A stretch of DNA of 63,833 bases, the filler included, from Octopus bimaculoides (Eukaryota): NCBI RefSeq assembly GCF_001194135.2. It is 5 parts of 5 records of this genome, joined end to end, with 100 filler letters (N's around TTAATTAATTAA, not from the genome) between each part and the next. Parts side by side here need not be neighbours in the genome. Positions count along the whole stretch, not along the records: positions 1 to 11,061 come from NC_069001.1; positions 11,162 to 22,728 come from NC_068985.1; 3 more parts are not named here. One strand, 5' to 3'. The notes beneath the pieces were generated by a model. That model was not told the origin of the DNA. It did not search any database and was given only the letters and a program-made list of their open reading frames with translations. The translations under genes were made by a program, and so were the position numbers. Position 1 is the first letter of the stretch. The number at the start of each line of letters is the position of its first letter. Below are positions 1 to 13,390 of this stretch, one piece after another.

Positions 1-670
1 GGGGGAGACTTGGTTCGTTTGATTTCTACAAACAAGATTATAACATATTGGTTATTGCTGGATGTAAAAAAAAGATGATCGTTTGACAACAGGAAGGAAA
101 GCCAACAGGAGAAAAAGGATAAGGGGAAACAAAAAAAAATCATTCCCATATATACAACCCACTCCCCTTCATCATCTCCATCTGACCATCTTCAAACTGA
201 GAATGCAAATAAGTGAAATGAAGAAATTTCAGGTGAGATCACAAAAGATTTTCTTCAAATCAATGAATTTTGAAGAAATTTTGAAGAATAGAGAATTATA
301 GAGTTTTTACTCGCTTTTAATAAGATCCTTGTTGCCAAGACTCTGAAGCTGTTTGTCTTTTCTTTGTAAGAAATCAAGACATTGCTTCTTTGCTAAATGA
401 CCCTTGGACAGGTCAAAGCTTCCAACTCTATTTACAATTCCTAGTGTCTATATGGTTATGTAGATGCCTATTGTATACACCAAGAACATCCATACAATAT
501 ACAGATGCCAACCAAGAGCTTTATAGGTATATCTCTCTCTCTATCTATCTATCTGTCTATCTATCCATCCATCTGGTACTCAGATGTCAAATGTATACAC
601 TTTGTGTATCTTGAAGGTAACATCTATATAGTATAGAAGGGGCAACTGTATATACCTAGAGCCTCTCTAT

Positions 671-719
<49 letters not shown>

Positions 720-720
<1 letters not shown>

Positions 721-960
721 GGTGTGGCTGTGTAATAAGAAGTTAGCATCTTAACCACATGGTTCTGGGTTCAATCCAACTGAGTGTCACTTTGGGCAAG
801 TGTCTTCTGCTATAGCCTCAGGCTGATCAAAGCCTTGTGAGTGGATTTGGTAGATGGAAGCTGAAAGAAGCCTGCTGTGTGTGTGTTTATCCACCACCAC
901 TACATCCCCATAACTAAGTGGCTTGGCAAAAGGGCCCCAACAAAATAAGCACCAACGAAA
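720..960 (+). mobile_element. Octopus tRNA-derived CORE-like SINE (family A), degenerate
   Basis: ggtgtggctgtg...ttgggcaagtgtcttctgctatagcctc...aaagccttgtgagtggatttggtaga; the same sequence recurs many times in the window. Confidence 0.8.
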
Positions 961-1198
961 CCCTTCAAGGGTTGAACGAAGGAGCTGAGTCCCATTCCTC
1001 CATGTGATCAGCTCGAAAAATTGTTAAGATATTTTCTAAACATGAAACCAATGGTAGCCTTAATTGACAAATATATATCATAGGAATAGTATATAAATGT
1101 CTATATACCTAATGCATCTGTATGGTATATAGACGTCTACTCTATATGTCTATAGTATCTACATTGTATAAAGATGCCAACTGTATATACTAAGTACA

Positions 1199-1249
<51 letters not shown>

Positions 1250-1420
1250 TAATAATAATAATATTAGGGACAAAATCCAAAATTACAGGTAAAAACTCAA
1301 TTAAAATCAATTTATAAAAAATTAAAATTAAATTGAGCTTTACAGACTAAAATATATATAAATATATAGTTTTAGAGAAAAGAACCAAGGTTCATGAACT
1401 CATCAATGAAAATCCACTGT

Positions 1421-1458
<38 letters not shown>

Positions 1459-1934
1459 CACACGTCTTCTATATGATGTAGAAATGTCTATCATATGTGA
1501 AGCATCTATAAAGTGTATAGGTGTCGATTTTATACCTAAAGTATCTCTCTAATATATTTAGAGTAGATGTTTGCCCAATAATGCAGTTAAATCTTCCCAC
1601 CAAGAAAATACCATCTTTGTAAATTGTAAGTTCTTGTCTCAAGAGGACAGATTAAGACAAACAGGAATTAAACAAAAAAAAATCTTGAATTACACAAAAC
1701 AGAAAACCAGAAGAATTTATTGAATCAATGATTCGGTTTAATTATTTGAGCACTTCTCTTCAGCTCAGCCAAATAAATCCACCCCCAACAAGCAGTCAAC
1801 ATTCTTGATGACAATATCAAAGGCCTGATCTCTTCATCCTTAATTGCTTGCTATGTTAACAATCATATCTTGTCTATCATAACACAGTTTTCTGCGTTAT
1901 GATAGACAAGATATGATTGTTAACATAGACACTC

Positions 1935-2655
1935 CTCCACCTATGTAGCACTACAATACTTCTCCAGCGGTTTGCCACTGAAATACGCATTGTGTGATGT
2001 GCCACTGAGATATTCCCCCAGCAGTGTGCCACTGTGATACTCATCCAGCAATGTGTCACTGAGATACTCCTCCAGCAGCATGCCACTAAGATATTCTCCC
2101 AGCTGTAGGCCACTGAGATACTCCTCCAGCTGTATGCCACTGTGATATTCCTCCAGCTGTATGCCTCTGTGATACTCCTCCAGCTGTATGCTACCGTGAT
2201 ACTCCTCCAGATGTATGCCACTGTGATACTCCTCCAGCTGTATGCCATCATGATACTCCTCCAGTTGTATGCCACTGTCATACTCCGCCAGTTGTGCGAC
2301 ACCAAGAAACTCATCGAGTAACGTATCACAAAGATACTCCTCTACCACGTAACACAGAGGTATTTTCCCAGTAGTGTGCCACAGATATACACCACCATCT
2401 ACGAGTCACAAAGATACTCTTCCAGCTGTGTGACACCAAGAAACTCATCAAGTAATGTGTCACCAAAATATGCATCAAACATTGTGCCACTAAGATACGC
2501 CACCACTGCATAAAACAGAGATACTCTACTAACAGTGTGCCACCAAGATAGTCACCGAGCAGTGTATCACAAAGATGCTCCTCCAGCATGATGCCAAGAT
2601 ACTCCTCCAGTGGAGTCCCACCGAGTATTCCTCCAGCAATGTGCCACCAAGATAT
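1935..2655. repeat. 27-bp minisatellite (cactgtgatactcctccagctgtatgc), about 25 copies, degenerating outward
   Basis: Near-identical units at 2110-2290; gives 9-aa periodic ORFs on the minus strand (LEEYHSGIQ and AYSWRSITV). Confidence 0.9.
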
Positions 2656-3051
2656 TCCTGATCACTAATTATTTTCAAAAAACAGTCAACCCAAAAAACA
2701 ATTGTATATAATTAGCTACCCACTTGTGATTAACCAGCCTGTATAATTAGCTACCTGCTTCTCTGTCACTGATTTAATCATACTATACAATTAGCTATCT
2801 ATCTACTATTAATCTAATAAATAACCAATGACCAAAAGGTCACTAGGTAGTAAATAGCTGCTGACCAAGTGAAGCAGGGTACATACATACATATTTATAT
2901 ATATTAGATATATATATATATATACATTGTGTATAGATAAATTTTATTCAATGCATAGATACTGAACGTTGAATAAAATTTATCTTTCTACTTATTCTAC
3001 CATACATTTCAGCACTTCAAAAAACAAACTTGTTTGTTTACATACGGTGTA

Positions 3052-3082
<31 letters not shown>

Positions 3083-3309
3083 TTAATCAAAGGACATTCT
3101 AAGTATGTCTACCTGCTGGAAATAACAGTCAAAACTCTTATTTAAATTGCCAAAATACACTGATGATAACTACAGAAATCAAACAAAAGCAGATCAGGTT
3201 AATACAATCTCCTAATGTACATTTAAGTATTTGGACTGACATGGACCAGTTTCTGCACTGGCATAAATAGCCTCAGCTTCTTATATATACATACATATAT
3301 AAATAACTC

Positions 3310-3668
3310 GACTCCGTCGGTCATGAATGTCCATGGGTGCACCTAAGAGGTTCCCCTCTGGGGTCCAAGTCTGGGTGGAAAGCCGCCTCACCAGTGAATG
3401 CACAACCTCGGGTTGTTTTTATGGAAGACCAGCAGTCGCCCATGCATACTGGCCTCCCCTCTCCACGCCACCGATGTTATCCAAGAGAAAGGCAAAGGGG
3501 CCAATACAGTTTGGCACCTGTGATGTCGCAACTCATTTCTACAGCTGAATAAACTGGAGCAACGTGAAATAAAGTGTCTTGCTCAAGAACACAACATGCA
3601 GCCCAGACCAAGAATCGAACTCACAACCTCACGATCGTAAGCTCCACACTCTAACCACTGAGCCATGC
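3310..3668 (-). mobile_element. tRNA-derived SINE related to family B
   Basis: On the minus strand the head is gcatggctcagtggttagagtgtggagc...gagttcgattcttgg (A and B boxes); the tail gaccgacggagtc resembles the family B 3' end. Confidence 0.7.
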
Positions 3669-3841
3669 ACTGATATATATATATATATATATATATATTT
3701 ATCCCCACTTAAAAGTGGATGTTGTGTTAGAACACAGAATACTGAAACAGTTACCTAGAGAGAACTTCTCATATGGACTTTTGTTGCATGTAAATGAAAG
3801 CTGTATAAACAGGGATAAACGGCTTTACTGCATATAAATAG

Positions 3842-4095
3842 ATATAAATAACCACTGTCCAGATAGTGGCCAAAGAGATATAGCCACAGTCCAGGTGGTA
3901 TCTAGAATGATACACACAGCCACTTTCCAGGTGATGGTTAGAAAGATACAGATGGCATAGATAAAACTAACCACTGTCCAGAGAGTGTCCGAATAGATAT
4001 AGCCAAATTCTAGGTGGTATCTAGAATGATACAAATAGCTACTGTCCAGATGGTGGCTAGAATGATACAAAATGACCACAGTCCAGGGGACTACA
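3842..4095. repeat. Higher-order tandem repeat: about 119-bp unit x2, built from about 35-bp subunits
   Basis: taaccactgtccag at 3849 and 3968; gtggtatctagaatgataca is repeated. Confidence 0.75.
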
Positions 4096-5329
4096 GAGGT
4101 ATAAACAAACACTGCTTTTCAACAAATATGTTTGATGAAGAGAAACTAGAAATAAGTAAATATAATATAGTAAACAAGAAAAATAAAACAAAGAAAAATA
4201 CACAGTAGCAGGGGAGGGGNNNNNNNNNNNNNNNNNNNNNNNNNNNNNNNNNNNNNNNNNNNNNNNNNNNNNNNNNNNNNNNNNNNNNNNNNNNNNNNNN
4301 NNNNNNNNNNNNNNNNNNNNNNNNNNNNNNNNNNNNNNNNNNNNNNNNNNNNNNNNNNNNNNNNNNNNNNNNNNNNNNNNNNNNNNNNNNNNNNNNNNNN
4401 NNNNNNNNNNNNNNNNNNNNNNNNNNNNNNNNNNNNNNNNNNNNNNNNNNNNNNNNNNNNNNNNNNNNNNNNNNNNNNNNNNNNNNNNNNNNNNNNNNNN
4501 NNNNNNNNNNNNNNNNNNNNNNNNNNNNNNNNNNNNNNNNNNNNNNNNNNNNNNNNNNNNNNNNNNNNNNNNNNNNNNNNNNNNNNNNNNNNNNNNNNNN
4601 NNNNNNNNNNNNNNNNNNNNNNNNNNNNNNNNNNNNNNNNNNNNNNNNNNNNNNNNNNNNNNNNNNNNNNNNNNNNNNNNNNNNNNNNNNNNNNNNNNNN
4701 NNNNNNNNNNNNNNNNNNNNNNNNNNNNNNNNNNNNNNNNNNNNNNNNNNNNNNNNNNNNNNNNNNNNNNNNNNNNNNNNNNNNNNNNNNNNNNNNNNNN
4801 NNNNNNNNNNNNNNNNNNNNNNNNNNNNNNNNNNNNNNNNNNNNNNNNNNNNNNNNNNNNNNNNNNNNNNNNNNNNNNNNNNNNNNNNNNNNNNNNNNNN
4901 NNNNNNNNNNNNNNNNNNNNNNNNNNNNNNNNNNNNNNNNNNNNNNNNNNNNNNNNNNNNNNNNNNNNNNNNNNNNNNNNNNNNNNNNNNNNNNNNNNNN
5001 NNNNNNNNNNNNNNNNNNNNNNNNNNNNNNNNNNNNNNNNNNNNNNNNNNNNNNNNNNNNNNNNNNNNNNNNNNNNNNGCTTTCCAGTCCAGTCTTATAC
5101 TCTCAGATACTTAAATGCAATGGAAACTGAGATTAAAGCACTGGTCTACTAGAACTGTAAGCTTGAGCTGGACCAACTTTCTTGCAACACAGCAGTCAAT
5201 GAGATCTCACCTGGAGATTGCTTTGGCATGAAATTTGAGTTGCATGAAAGAAGTTCAGTTTAAATAACTCGTATACTCTACAACATGTATTGCATACTCT
5301 CTACCTTATCAAAAAAAAAAAAAAACATC

Positions 5330-5360
<31 letters not shown>

Positions 5361-5794
5361 CGTATGTGTGTGTGTGTGAATCTGAGAGGGGGTAATATGC
5401 TGAATAAAATCATAAGTAACTGATCCTCATACATTTTCTTTTACTGAAAGCCAGGAACTTTTCAGTACCCCCCATGTATATATAAAACCAACAAGAATAG
5501 AAGAGAAACGCTGGGGTAGGTGTATGTATGCAAAAATACACACTCTCTCTCCTACTTTCTCGCTCTCTCTCTCACCCAGAGTGTCACAGCATAATCTGAA
5601 GGGCTCTTTTAGCTTTGTTGAGGATATGACAACCTCTGTAAAGGGATTGGTGTTAAAAATGAAGAATAGCATTAATCATAGAATGTGGCCCAAAATGCAA
5701 GATGTGGTCCCCTGTGCCAACCAAGAGACCAGTAATTCTGAGTAAAAAGTCATTTGGACCAAGACAATGCATCTAATGTCTGCTTACCTACTGT

Positions 5795-6120
5795 GTGGTA
5801 AGTAGCTATAGGTGCAGGGGTGGCTCCAGGTTCAGTCCCACTGCGTGGCACCTTGGGCAAGTGTTTTCTACTATAGCCTCGGGCCGACCAAAGCCTTGTG
5901 AGTGGATTTGGTATACGGAAACTGAAAGAAGCCNNNNNNNNNNCGACAACCGATGTTGGTGTATTTACCTCCCTGTCACTTAGTGGTTTGGCAAAAGAGA
6001 CCGACAGAATAAGTACTAGGTTTACAAAGAATAAGTCCTGGGGTCGATTTGTTCGACTAAAGGTGGTGCTCCAGCATGGCCACAGTCAAACTGACTGAAA
6101 CGAGTAAAAGAATAAAAGAA
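5795..6120 (+). mobile_element. SINE family A (CORE-like), near full length
   Basis: ctgtgtggtaag...gttcagtcccactgcgtggcaccttgggcaag...ggtgctccagcatggccacagtcaaactgactgaaac. Confidence 0.85.
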
Positions 6121-6354
6121 TTCGGCCATAAGTCTGGAAACTGGACAGAAAAATCAAGAGAAACCGAGTGAAGAATGATGCACTTTGATCAAACACCTGA
6201 TGGAATATTTTCTGCATGTGGAGTAGAGAGATGAGCCAAGTAATACCTTTTTAGAAAAGGCATGAAGGCCACAACTTATTTAAGATGGAATAAAACTGTA
6301 CAAGATTGTTATTTAGAAAATATTGGGATGAGTTGAGTGAAAATACCATAAGTA

Positions 6355-6800
6355 GTTTATTACTTTATTGCCCACAGGGGGCTAAACATAGAGGGGATTA
6401 AGTCGGATTACATCAACCCCAGTGCATAACTGGTACTTATTTCATCGACCCTGAAAGGATGAAAGGAAAAGTTGACCTCGGTGGAATTTGAACTCAGAAC
6501 GTAACGGCAGACGAAATACCACTAAGTATTTTGCCCGGCGTGCTAATGATTCTGCCAGCTCGGTGCCTTTTGCCATAGAACCATTAGTAGTTGTTTCAAA
6601 TTTTGATGCAGAACCGGCATTTTTAGGGAAGGAGGTAAGCCAACCCTAATACTCAATTGGTACTTTATTTTATTAAGCCCCCGAAAGGATAAAATAGAGA
6701 GTTGACCTCGACGGTACTTGAACTCAGAATGTGAAAAACTGGAAGAAATGCTGCTTAGCATTTTGTCCAATGTTCTGACAATTCTGCCAGGTTGCCGCCT
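6355..6800 (-). mobile_element. Two tandem copies of SINE family C
   Basis: Reverse complement of ggcgagctggcagaa...ttctgagttcaaattccgccgaggtcaactttgcctttcatcc occurs twice. Confidence 0.8.
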
Positions 6801-7724
6801 TAAAAATATAATGGATAATGATAACGAAATAAATCTGATGAGATTGAAAGAAGATAAGAAGATAAAAAAGATCCACAAATTGATAGCTTGCAGAATGTTT
6901 GTCAACACAGCAGATGGAGTTCAGATTCTCTGACATAAAATTAAGTTTAAAGTATTTTCCATGTAGAGTTATATTGTTTTCTGTCCTCATAGATAATATT
7001 TTATAATTACAGCCATATTGAAATTTCTAACAGACAGTTTCATTGAAGCATTTGGTATGTGAAAAAAATTCAGTTAACCTTTAACACACTGTATGTGCAT
7101 TTATTGTGGCACCAGCACCTGTGGGGTCACTTCGTAACATGCAAGATTAAATAAAGAGTCTCCTCTCTTCCATCTCACAACTGCAAGGGAGAACAAGAGA
7201 CAGTGCTAATGAAGGGGGTAATATGAAGGTTGAAGGTAAGGAAAAAAAGAGAGAAAGAGTAGTGAGAAAGGGTGGTAGGGTGATGCATGAAAGAAATCTA
7301 AAGATTTTGGTGAGGAGGAGGAAGAGGAGGAGGGGAAGTCAGAGCGTATTCTCAAACTAACATGTCCAAGAAGGTGAGTAGAAGACTCATGGAGAGTGAG
7401 TGAGTGAAGGCTGCAAGGGTTCAGTCCTGCTACACTCAAGCATCTACGCTCAAGCATCATGGTTTGAAAGGATAAAGAAAGAAGGCATAGCAACATATGG
7501 GGGTGGGGTGGCAGGGACAGAGATGGAGAGAAAATAGTAAACCAGTAAACCCAAATTGAATGTTTTCCTCTCAATTACAGGTAACTTGGTACGGTAAGAG
7601 AAACATGGAAAGATGATAGGGGTACAAGAACAGGTAACAGGCAAGGGATGGTGGGTATTACCTGACTCATTTAACAGGCATTTTGCACACACACACACAC
7701 ACACACACTCATGTAGGCACAGGG

Positions 7725-7885
7725 CATGGCTGCTTGATAAGAAGGTTGCCTCCTAACCACATGGTTCTGGGTTCAGTGCCACTGTGTGGCACCTTGGGCA
7801 AGAGTCTTCTATTACAGCCTCAAGCAAACCAAAGCCTTGACAGTGGATTTGGTAGACAGAAATTGAAAGAAGTCTGTCATGTGTA

Positions 7886-7925
<40 letters not shown>

Positions 7926-7928
7926 GAT

Positions 7929-7960
<32 letters not shown>

Positions 7961-8195
7961 GTGTGTGTGTATGTATTTATGTGTCTTTGTGTCTGTGTTT
8001 GTCCTCCCACCATCACTTGACAACTGATGTTGAGTGTTTATGACCCTGTAACTTAGCAGTTCAGCAAAAATAAATAATAAAATAAGTATTAGGCTTACAA
8101 AGAATAAGTCTTAGGGTCAATTTCATTAACTAAAAATACCGTTTAAGGTGGTGCTCCAACATGGCCACAACCAAATAACTGAAACAAGTAAAAGA
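7725..8195 (+). mobile_element. SINE family A with internal (TATC)n/(CA)n microsatellite
   Basis: Same head, core and tail as the other family A copies. Confidence 0.8.
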
Positions 8196-9714
8196 ATAAA
8201 ATATAAAAATGTGTGTGTGTGTGTGTGTGCATCCTTGTCTTGACATCACATGATGGCTGTAAACAAGCATCACCACCATAGTCTTAACACAATGATCGTA
8301 CAATCTTCCCTTCATTCTGAAAGAAAAGACCTTTGTTGGGCTGCAATGGTAGTGGCTCCTTAAACTTTCTCCAATCTGTTTTAACCCTGACCGCTATACT
8401 TTCAGAGCAACCACCACCTCCCTTGCTAATTACATCTCACAGGTAAACAAATGCCATCAACTACTTCTAGTGAACCACCTGAGCGTTTAAGAGAATTTAT
8501 TTTCAGTGTGCTGAAAATAAATGTATGAGCTGTTCCAGTGCATCACATTTGAAGTTTACATTCTGTGTTAGTTTCCCTATGATTCTACTATATCCCGTGT
8601 GTGTCTGCAACTTCCAATGAGCATGGCAAACGGAGTTCAAACCTACCCCTTTTCCACATATGAGTATACAAGGGTCGTGAATTAGCTGTGGGGTGGCTGG
8701 TGTTAAGAAGGGCATGCAGCTGTAAAAACCATGCCACAACAGACACAGAAGTATGGTGCAGTCTTCTGTTTGGCTGGCTCCTATCAAATCATCCGACCCA
8801 TGCTGGCATGGAAGGAGGACATTAAACAATGACGATGATGGTGATGAACTAGAATGTCAGCACAACGAAGTTCCTTATGGACAGCCAGTCTTAAACTCCT
8901 CTGTGATGGCTTATAGATCTACAATGAATAGTTGAGTAAGAATAAGTGGGGCAGAAGGGCCAGGAACGAGAAGTGGGGGGTGGGGGAAATAGCTGAATAG
9001 TGATGATGATACAGTGAACACAAGAGTATATAGGAGATTGTTGAACCTATTTAGGATAGGATCCAAAAGGAAATCCATGTTATAAGGATTCACACAATAA
9101 TATTTCATGATAGTAGATGTATTAAGTATTCCATCTTTTTATTTATTGGTGACATCAATTACAAGAGTATGAGATGTTTTGGCACAGCTGTTTTGGCACT
9201 GCCTTATCGGTGTTATTGATTCAATGCTGACTTAATTGTCATCAGACATTTTAACGTTTCTCTCGTTCTCTCCCATCCACCCTCTCACTCTGTTTGTGTG
9301 TGTGTGTCTGTGCCTCCTGTGCCAAAACAGCTTGAATGTTTAGTCGCCCAGGCCAAATCTTCAGCATCCAAACAGCTGCACCCAGTTGTCTCCTTCCACA
9401 CAACTTACATACCAATCCATGTATCATACTTCATGCAAATACACCACAGAAAGTTGAACTAATTTTAGTACTTGTCCTGAGATAGCATCTTTTATACATA
9501 TACAATGTCAAAAAATACAGTTATATATCAGTAGCAGACAAAAATCAACCAACAGCCATGATAGTATTGCACAATGTGCATTTCTGTCTCTTTAGGCACC
9601 ATCAGTAGCAAGTACCCAAGTGAATGCTTGGGCAATTCTCATCTGCAACTAATATATCAGATGAAAATCATCATCTGATACTAATATATATATTTCCGGT
9701 AGGATTGGCAATCT

Positions 9715-9915
9715 AGTAAAACTGTTAGTACACCAGAGAAGATCTTTAGCAGATGTTTGTCCGTCTTCATGTTCTGAGTTAAAATTCTGCTGAGGTTGAC
9801 TTTGACTTTCATCCTTCTGGGGATCGATAAAATCAGTACCAGTTGAGCACTGGGGTTCGATGTAATGGGCTTATCCTCGTCCCTAAAATTACTGGCCTGG
9901 AGCCAAAATTTAAAA
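9715..9915 (+). mobile_element. SINE family C, degenerate
   Basis: ttctgagttaaaattctgctgaggttgactttgactttcatcc...agtaccagttgagcactggggttcgat. Confidence 0.7.
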
Positions 9916-9929
9916 CCAAATAGCAGCAT

Positions 9930-10292
9930 TTGAGCATGATCATTACCAGCGTCGTCTTACTGGCACTTGTGCCGGTGGCACATGAAAAAACATTCAAGCG
10001 AGGTCATTGTCAGTGCCGCTGGACTGGCTCCTGTGCAGGTGGCACGTAAAAAAACACCATTTTGAGCGTAGCCATTGCCAGTACTGCCTGACTGGCCCTC
10101 GTGCCGGTGGCATGTAAAAGCACCCACTACACTCTCAGAGTGGTTGGCGTTAGGAAGGGCATCCAGCTGTAGAAACTCTGCCAGATCAGATTGGAGCCTG
10201 GTGCAGCCATCTGGTTCGCCAGTCCTCAGTCAAATCGTCCAACCCATGCTAGCAGGGAAAGCAGAGATTAAACAATGATGATGATGATGATG
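9930..10292 (+). mobile_element. 5'-truncated 3'UTR copy of the RTE-type LINE, ending in a (GAT)n tail
   Basis: Aligns with 45895-46186, which directly follows the LINE RT ORF. Confidence 0.85.
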
Positions 10293-10685
10293 AATATATA
10301 TTTCTGGATGATTTTACACTGTACTTCTATAAAAGTTATTATCTTTGGTCGAATTCTACAGTTAATTCAACTTTCAATGATGTAATCTGCATTACATATG
10401 ACATACAAGTTGCAATTTTAAGATAATACTGCTTCTGTTGTACAAAACCAACACACACACACACACACGCATGCACACACATACATATATATATATATGT
10501 ATGTAGATGTATTTGTTATAATATGAAAATTCTTTATACTATGCATAATAAGCCCAACATGCCAAAATGTGGAGAAAACAAAGCAAGACAAGATGTGATT
10601 GTCATCTTTGGTAATTCTATCCTCTTTAGTGAAATTGCTCGACAACATTTATTTCTTTTTAAGTGGGCATTCCATATCAAAGCAT

Positions 10686-10717
<32 letters not shown>

Positions 10718-10756
10718 GATGACTACAATGAATGTATGAAATGTGTAGTTCACATG

Positions 10757-10791
<35 letters not shown>

Positions 10792-11161
10792 TTAACCTCT
10801 TTGTAGTCTTTGCTAACTTAAAACAAGCAAATAATAATAGTAATAATAATAATAATAGCATAATAGCAGTGATATCGAAATAAATATACAAGACAATGAC
10901 GATAACTAAATTATAACATACCAACAAAATGAACAAACATGACTAAAGCAAGACCACAAAAGCTGCATTTCATTCGCCCTCCATAGACAACAAACATTTA
11001 GACTAACAAAAGCTCTAAATGCAGACGACACAAATAGATGGAGTGGAGTCTGTGTTGTTTTNNNNNNNNNNNNNNNNNNNNNNNNNNNNNNNNNNNNNNN
11101 NNNNNTTAATTAATTAANNNNNNNNNNNNNNNNNNNNNNNNNNNNNNNNNNNNNNNNNNNN

Positions 11162-11200
<39 letters not shown>

Positions 11201-11203
<3 letters not shown>

Positions 11204-11304
11204 GAGGTATGAAAAGTCTTAAGCCTCAAAAAAACAAAACCTGGTGCATGACTTCTGATGAAAGTACAGGACTTGAAGGCTCAAAACTTTTCATACACCC
11301 CTCA
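11201..11304. mobile_element. Possible mariner-like mini-MITE
   Basis: Imperfect inverted termini caggaggtatgaaaagt / aacttttcatacacccctca, flanked by TA. Confidence 0.4.
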
Positions 11305-11715
11305 TATATATACATTTTATATATGTACTTTAAACATATGACTTTAATAATTTGTAAGATTTATCATCATCATCATCATCTTCCAAATTATTAAACCCAT
11401 CTTTAAAGTGCATATTTACTCTGTGGCAATGAATTAGCAGAATTATTAAAATATCAAGTAAAACGCCTTACAGTATTTGTTCTGGCTCTTTATGTTCTAA
11501 GTTCAAATCCCACTGAGGTCAATTTTGCTTTTCATCTTTGCAGGGCTGCTAAAATAAAGTGCCTGTCAAGTACTTTTGTTGATGTAATCAACTAACGTCT
11601 CCCCTTCTCAGATTTTTGGCCATGTACCTATATTACAATAAATTGTTTATGTTAACTCTGATATTCAGCTCTTACTCTTTATTCTGCTGCCATCTACCAT
11701 TCTTTAACTCACCAG

Positions 11716-11902
11716 GGAAACGGAATGGTTGTTTGCCACGAATGCTGGACGTCGACAACTGCAGAAAGACGCTAATGTTCAACGTTTGATAATTGTAACA
11801 CTGCAGAGAGAACATGAATATGGAGATATTGAAGCTATCCAAGAAGAACTCAGCCCTTATATGTTACAGCTGACTCCACCGAAGTTTGTGTTTGGCACCA
11901 AG
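11716..11902 (+). CDS. METTL13: METTL13 internal exon (linker region): (R)ETEWLFATNAGRRQLQKDANVQRLIIVTLQREHEYGDIEAIQEELSPYMLQLTPPKFVFGTK
   Basis: ccag| acceptor at 11715 and |gtatgt donor at 11903. Matches the recalled vertebrate METTL13 segment GRETEWLFGMDEGRKQL...RRLITVALHRGQQYESMDHIQAELS. Confidence 0.93.
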
Positions 11903-12940
11903 GTATGTATTTATTTATTTGTTTAGCCTCAGGTCAGATCTAATCAAGCTGACTTAGAATCAGAGCTGTTCCACCTGTGACATCATCATCATCAATTGTC
12001 TTTATTTTTACATAAGTTGGATGAGATTTCTTGGGGTGGTGTTCTATAGTTGGATGCCCTTCCTGCTGCCAACCTTTTCTTATTTTCAAGTAATATTATT
12101 TATTCCAGTCATCTTCACACATGAAACAACCGAGCAGGGTATTTTGTTAATATGGGGCATAAACAAACCTCACCACTGACACAGATGTGTCAATGCAAAA
12201 ACGCATAAGGACAAACACACATGCATGTGTGTGTGTACACCTACACCGACATGGCTATGTGGTAAAGCTTACTTTCAAACAACATTGAAATGGGTTCAGT
12301 CCTTCTCAGTGGCACATTGTGCAAGTGTCTTCTCAGCCGATTAAAGTCACGTGAGTGGATTTGGCTAACAGAAACAAAAAGAGGTTCATCATGTGTGTGT
12401 TAAGATCACATCCCCTGGTGAAGAGGATTGTCCTGTGCCAGGGCCATGTAAAAAGCACTCATGCTAACACCACATAAAAGTGCTTAAGTCAGTGCCATTT
12501 TGAAAGCACCCAGCATACGTTGTAAAGTGGTTGGTTTGAAGAAGAGCATCCAACCGTAGAAACCAAGCCAAATCAAACTGGAACCTGGTGCAGCTCTCCA
12601 GTTTGCCAGCATAGAAAACAGACGTTAAAAGATGCTGATGATAATAATGTTGTGTATGAGTGCATATTTATGTTTTCTTGTCTTGACAACATGGGATAGC
12701 TGTAAATGAGCATCACTATCATACAAACAGTATCATTTCATTTCTTCTGTGACAGCATGCCTGGTCATGGGAAATTATTATTTTATTTGGAAACAGGTGT
12801 GTGTTAGTGACTGGAAGGGCATCTGGCCATAGAAAGTCTGCCTCAACAAATTTCAATTAACCTTTGCAAGCATGGAAAAGCGGATGTTAAAATGATGATA
12901 TTGATATTGCTTATATGCATCAATTAATATTTCATTCTAG

Positions 12941-13127
12941 ATTCCTTACCTGTCTGTTGATGATAGTATCAGCAAGGATGTGGAAGTGGTTGATAAAGGA
13001 AGAAGTGAATGGAATGGCACTTTCAGAATTGAAAATTTCTTAGCAGAAGATGAAAAGTATTACAGACGACTGTTTTTCCTTGGTAAACAGAATCTCATCC
13101 AATCAGAATGTCGTCTTATACAGTCAG
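12941..13127 (+). CDS. METTL13: METTL13 exon: IPYLSVDDSISKDVEVVDKGRSEWNGTFRIENFLAEDEKYYRRLFFLGKQNLIQSECRLIQS
   Basis: ttctag| acceptor and |gtatgt donor; phase 0 in, phase 1 out. Matches VPFLSVGGDIG...YFRRLIFLSNRNVVQSEARL. Confidence 0.93.
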
Positions 13128-13157
13128 GTATGTACAGCAGTTTTGATGAAGCAGAAA

Positions 13158-13390
13158 GGCGGCGAGCTGGCAGAAACGTTAGCACACCGGACAAAATGCT
13201 TAGCGGTATTTCGTCTGCCGCTACGTTCTGAGTTCAAATTCCGCCAAGGTCAACTTTGCCTTTCATCCTTTTGGGGTCGATTAAATAAGTACCAGTTACC
13301 CGCTGGGGTTGATATAATCAACTTAATCCATTTGTCTGTCCTTGTTTGTCCCCTTTGTGTGTAGCCCCTTGTGGGCAGTAAAGAAATAAG
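13158..13390 (+). mobile_element. SINE family C, 30 nt downstream of a METTL13 donor
   Basis: ggcggcgagctggcagaaacgttagc...gttctgagttcaaattcc...gtagccccttgtgggcagtaaagaaata. Confidence 0.88.

Noticed and set aside
1935-2655. CRISPR-like array
   Set aside because: The units are contiguous with no unique spacers, and the context is eukaryotic.
7013-7054. 42-nt AG...GT segment encoding ILKFLTDSFIEAF as a possible upstream METTL13 exon
   Set aside because: Only a 3-4 residue resemblance to HILKK...F, with no supporting neighbouring exons; too weak.
11106-11117. TTAATTAATTAA embedded in N-runs (also 22773, 27787, 41142)
   Set aside because: The same 12-mer, with stop codons in all six frames, sits in the middle of roughly 100-N gaps each time: a scaffolding gap marker, not biology.
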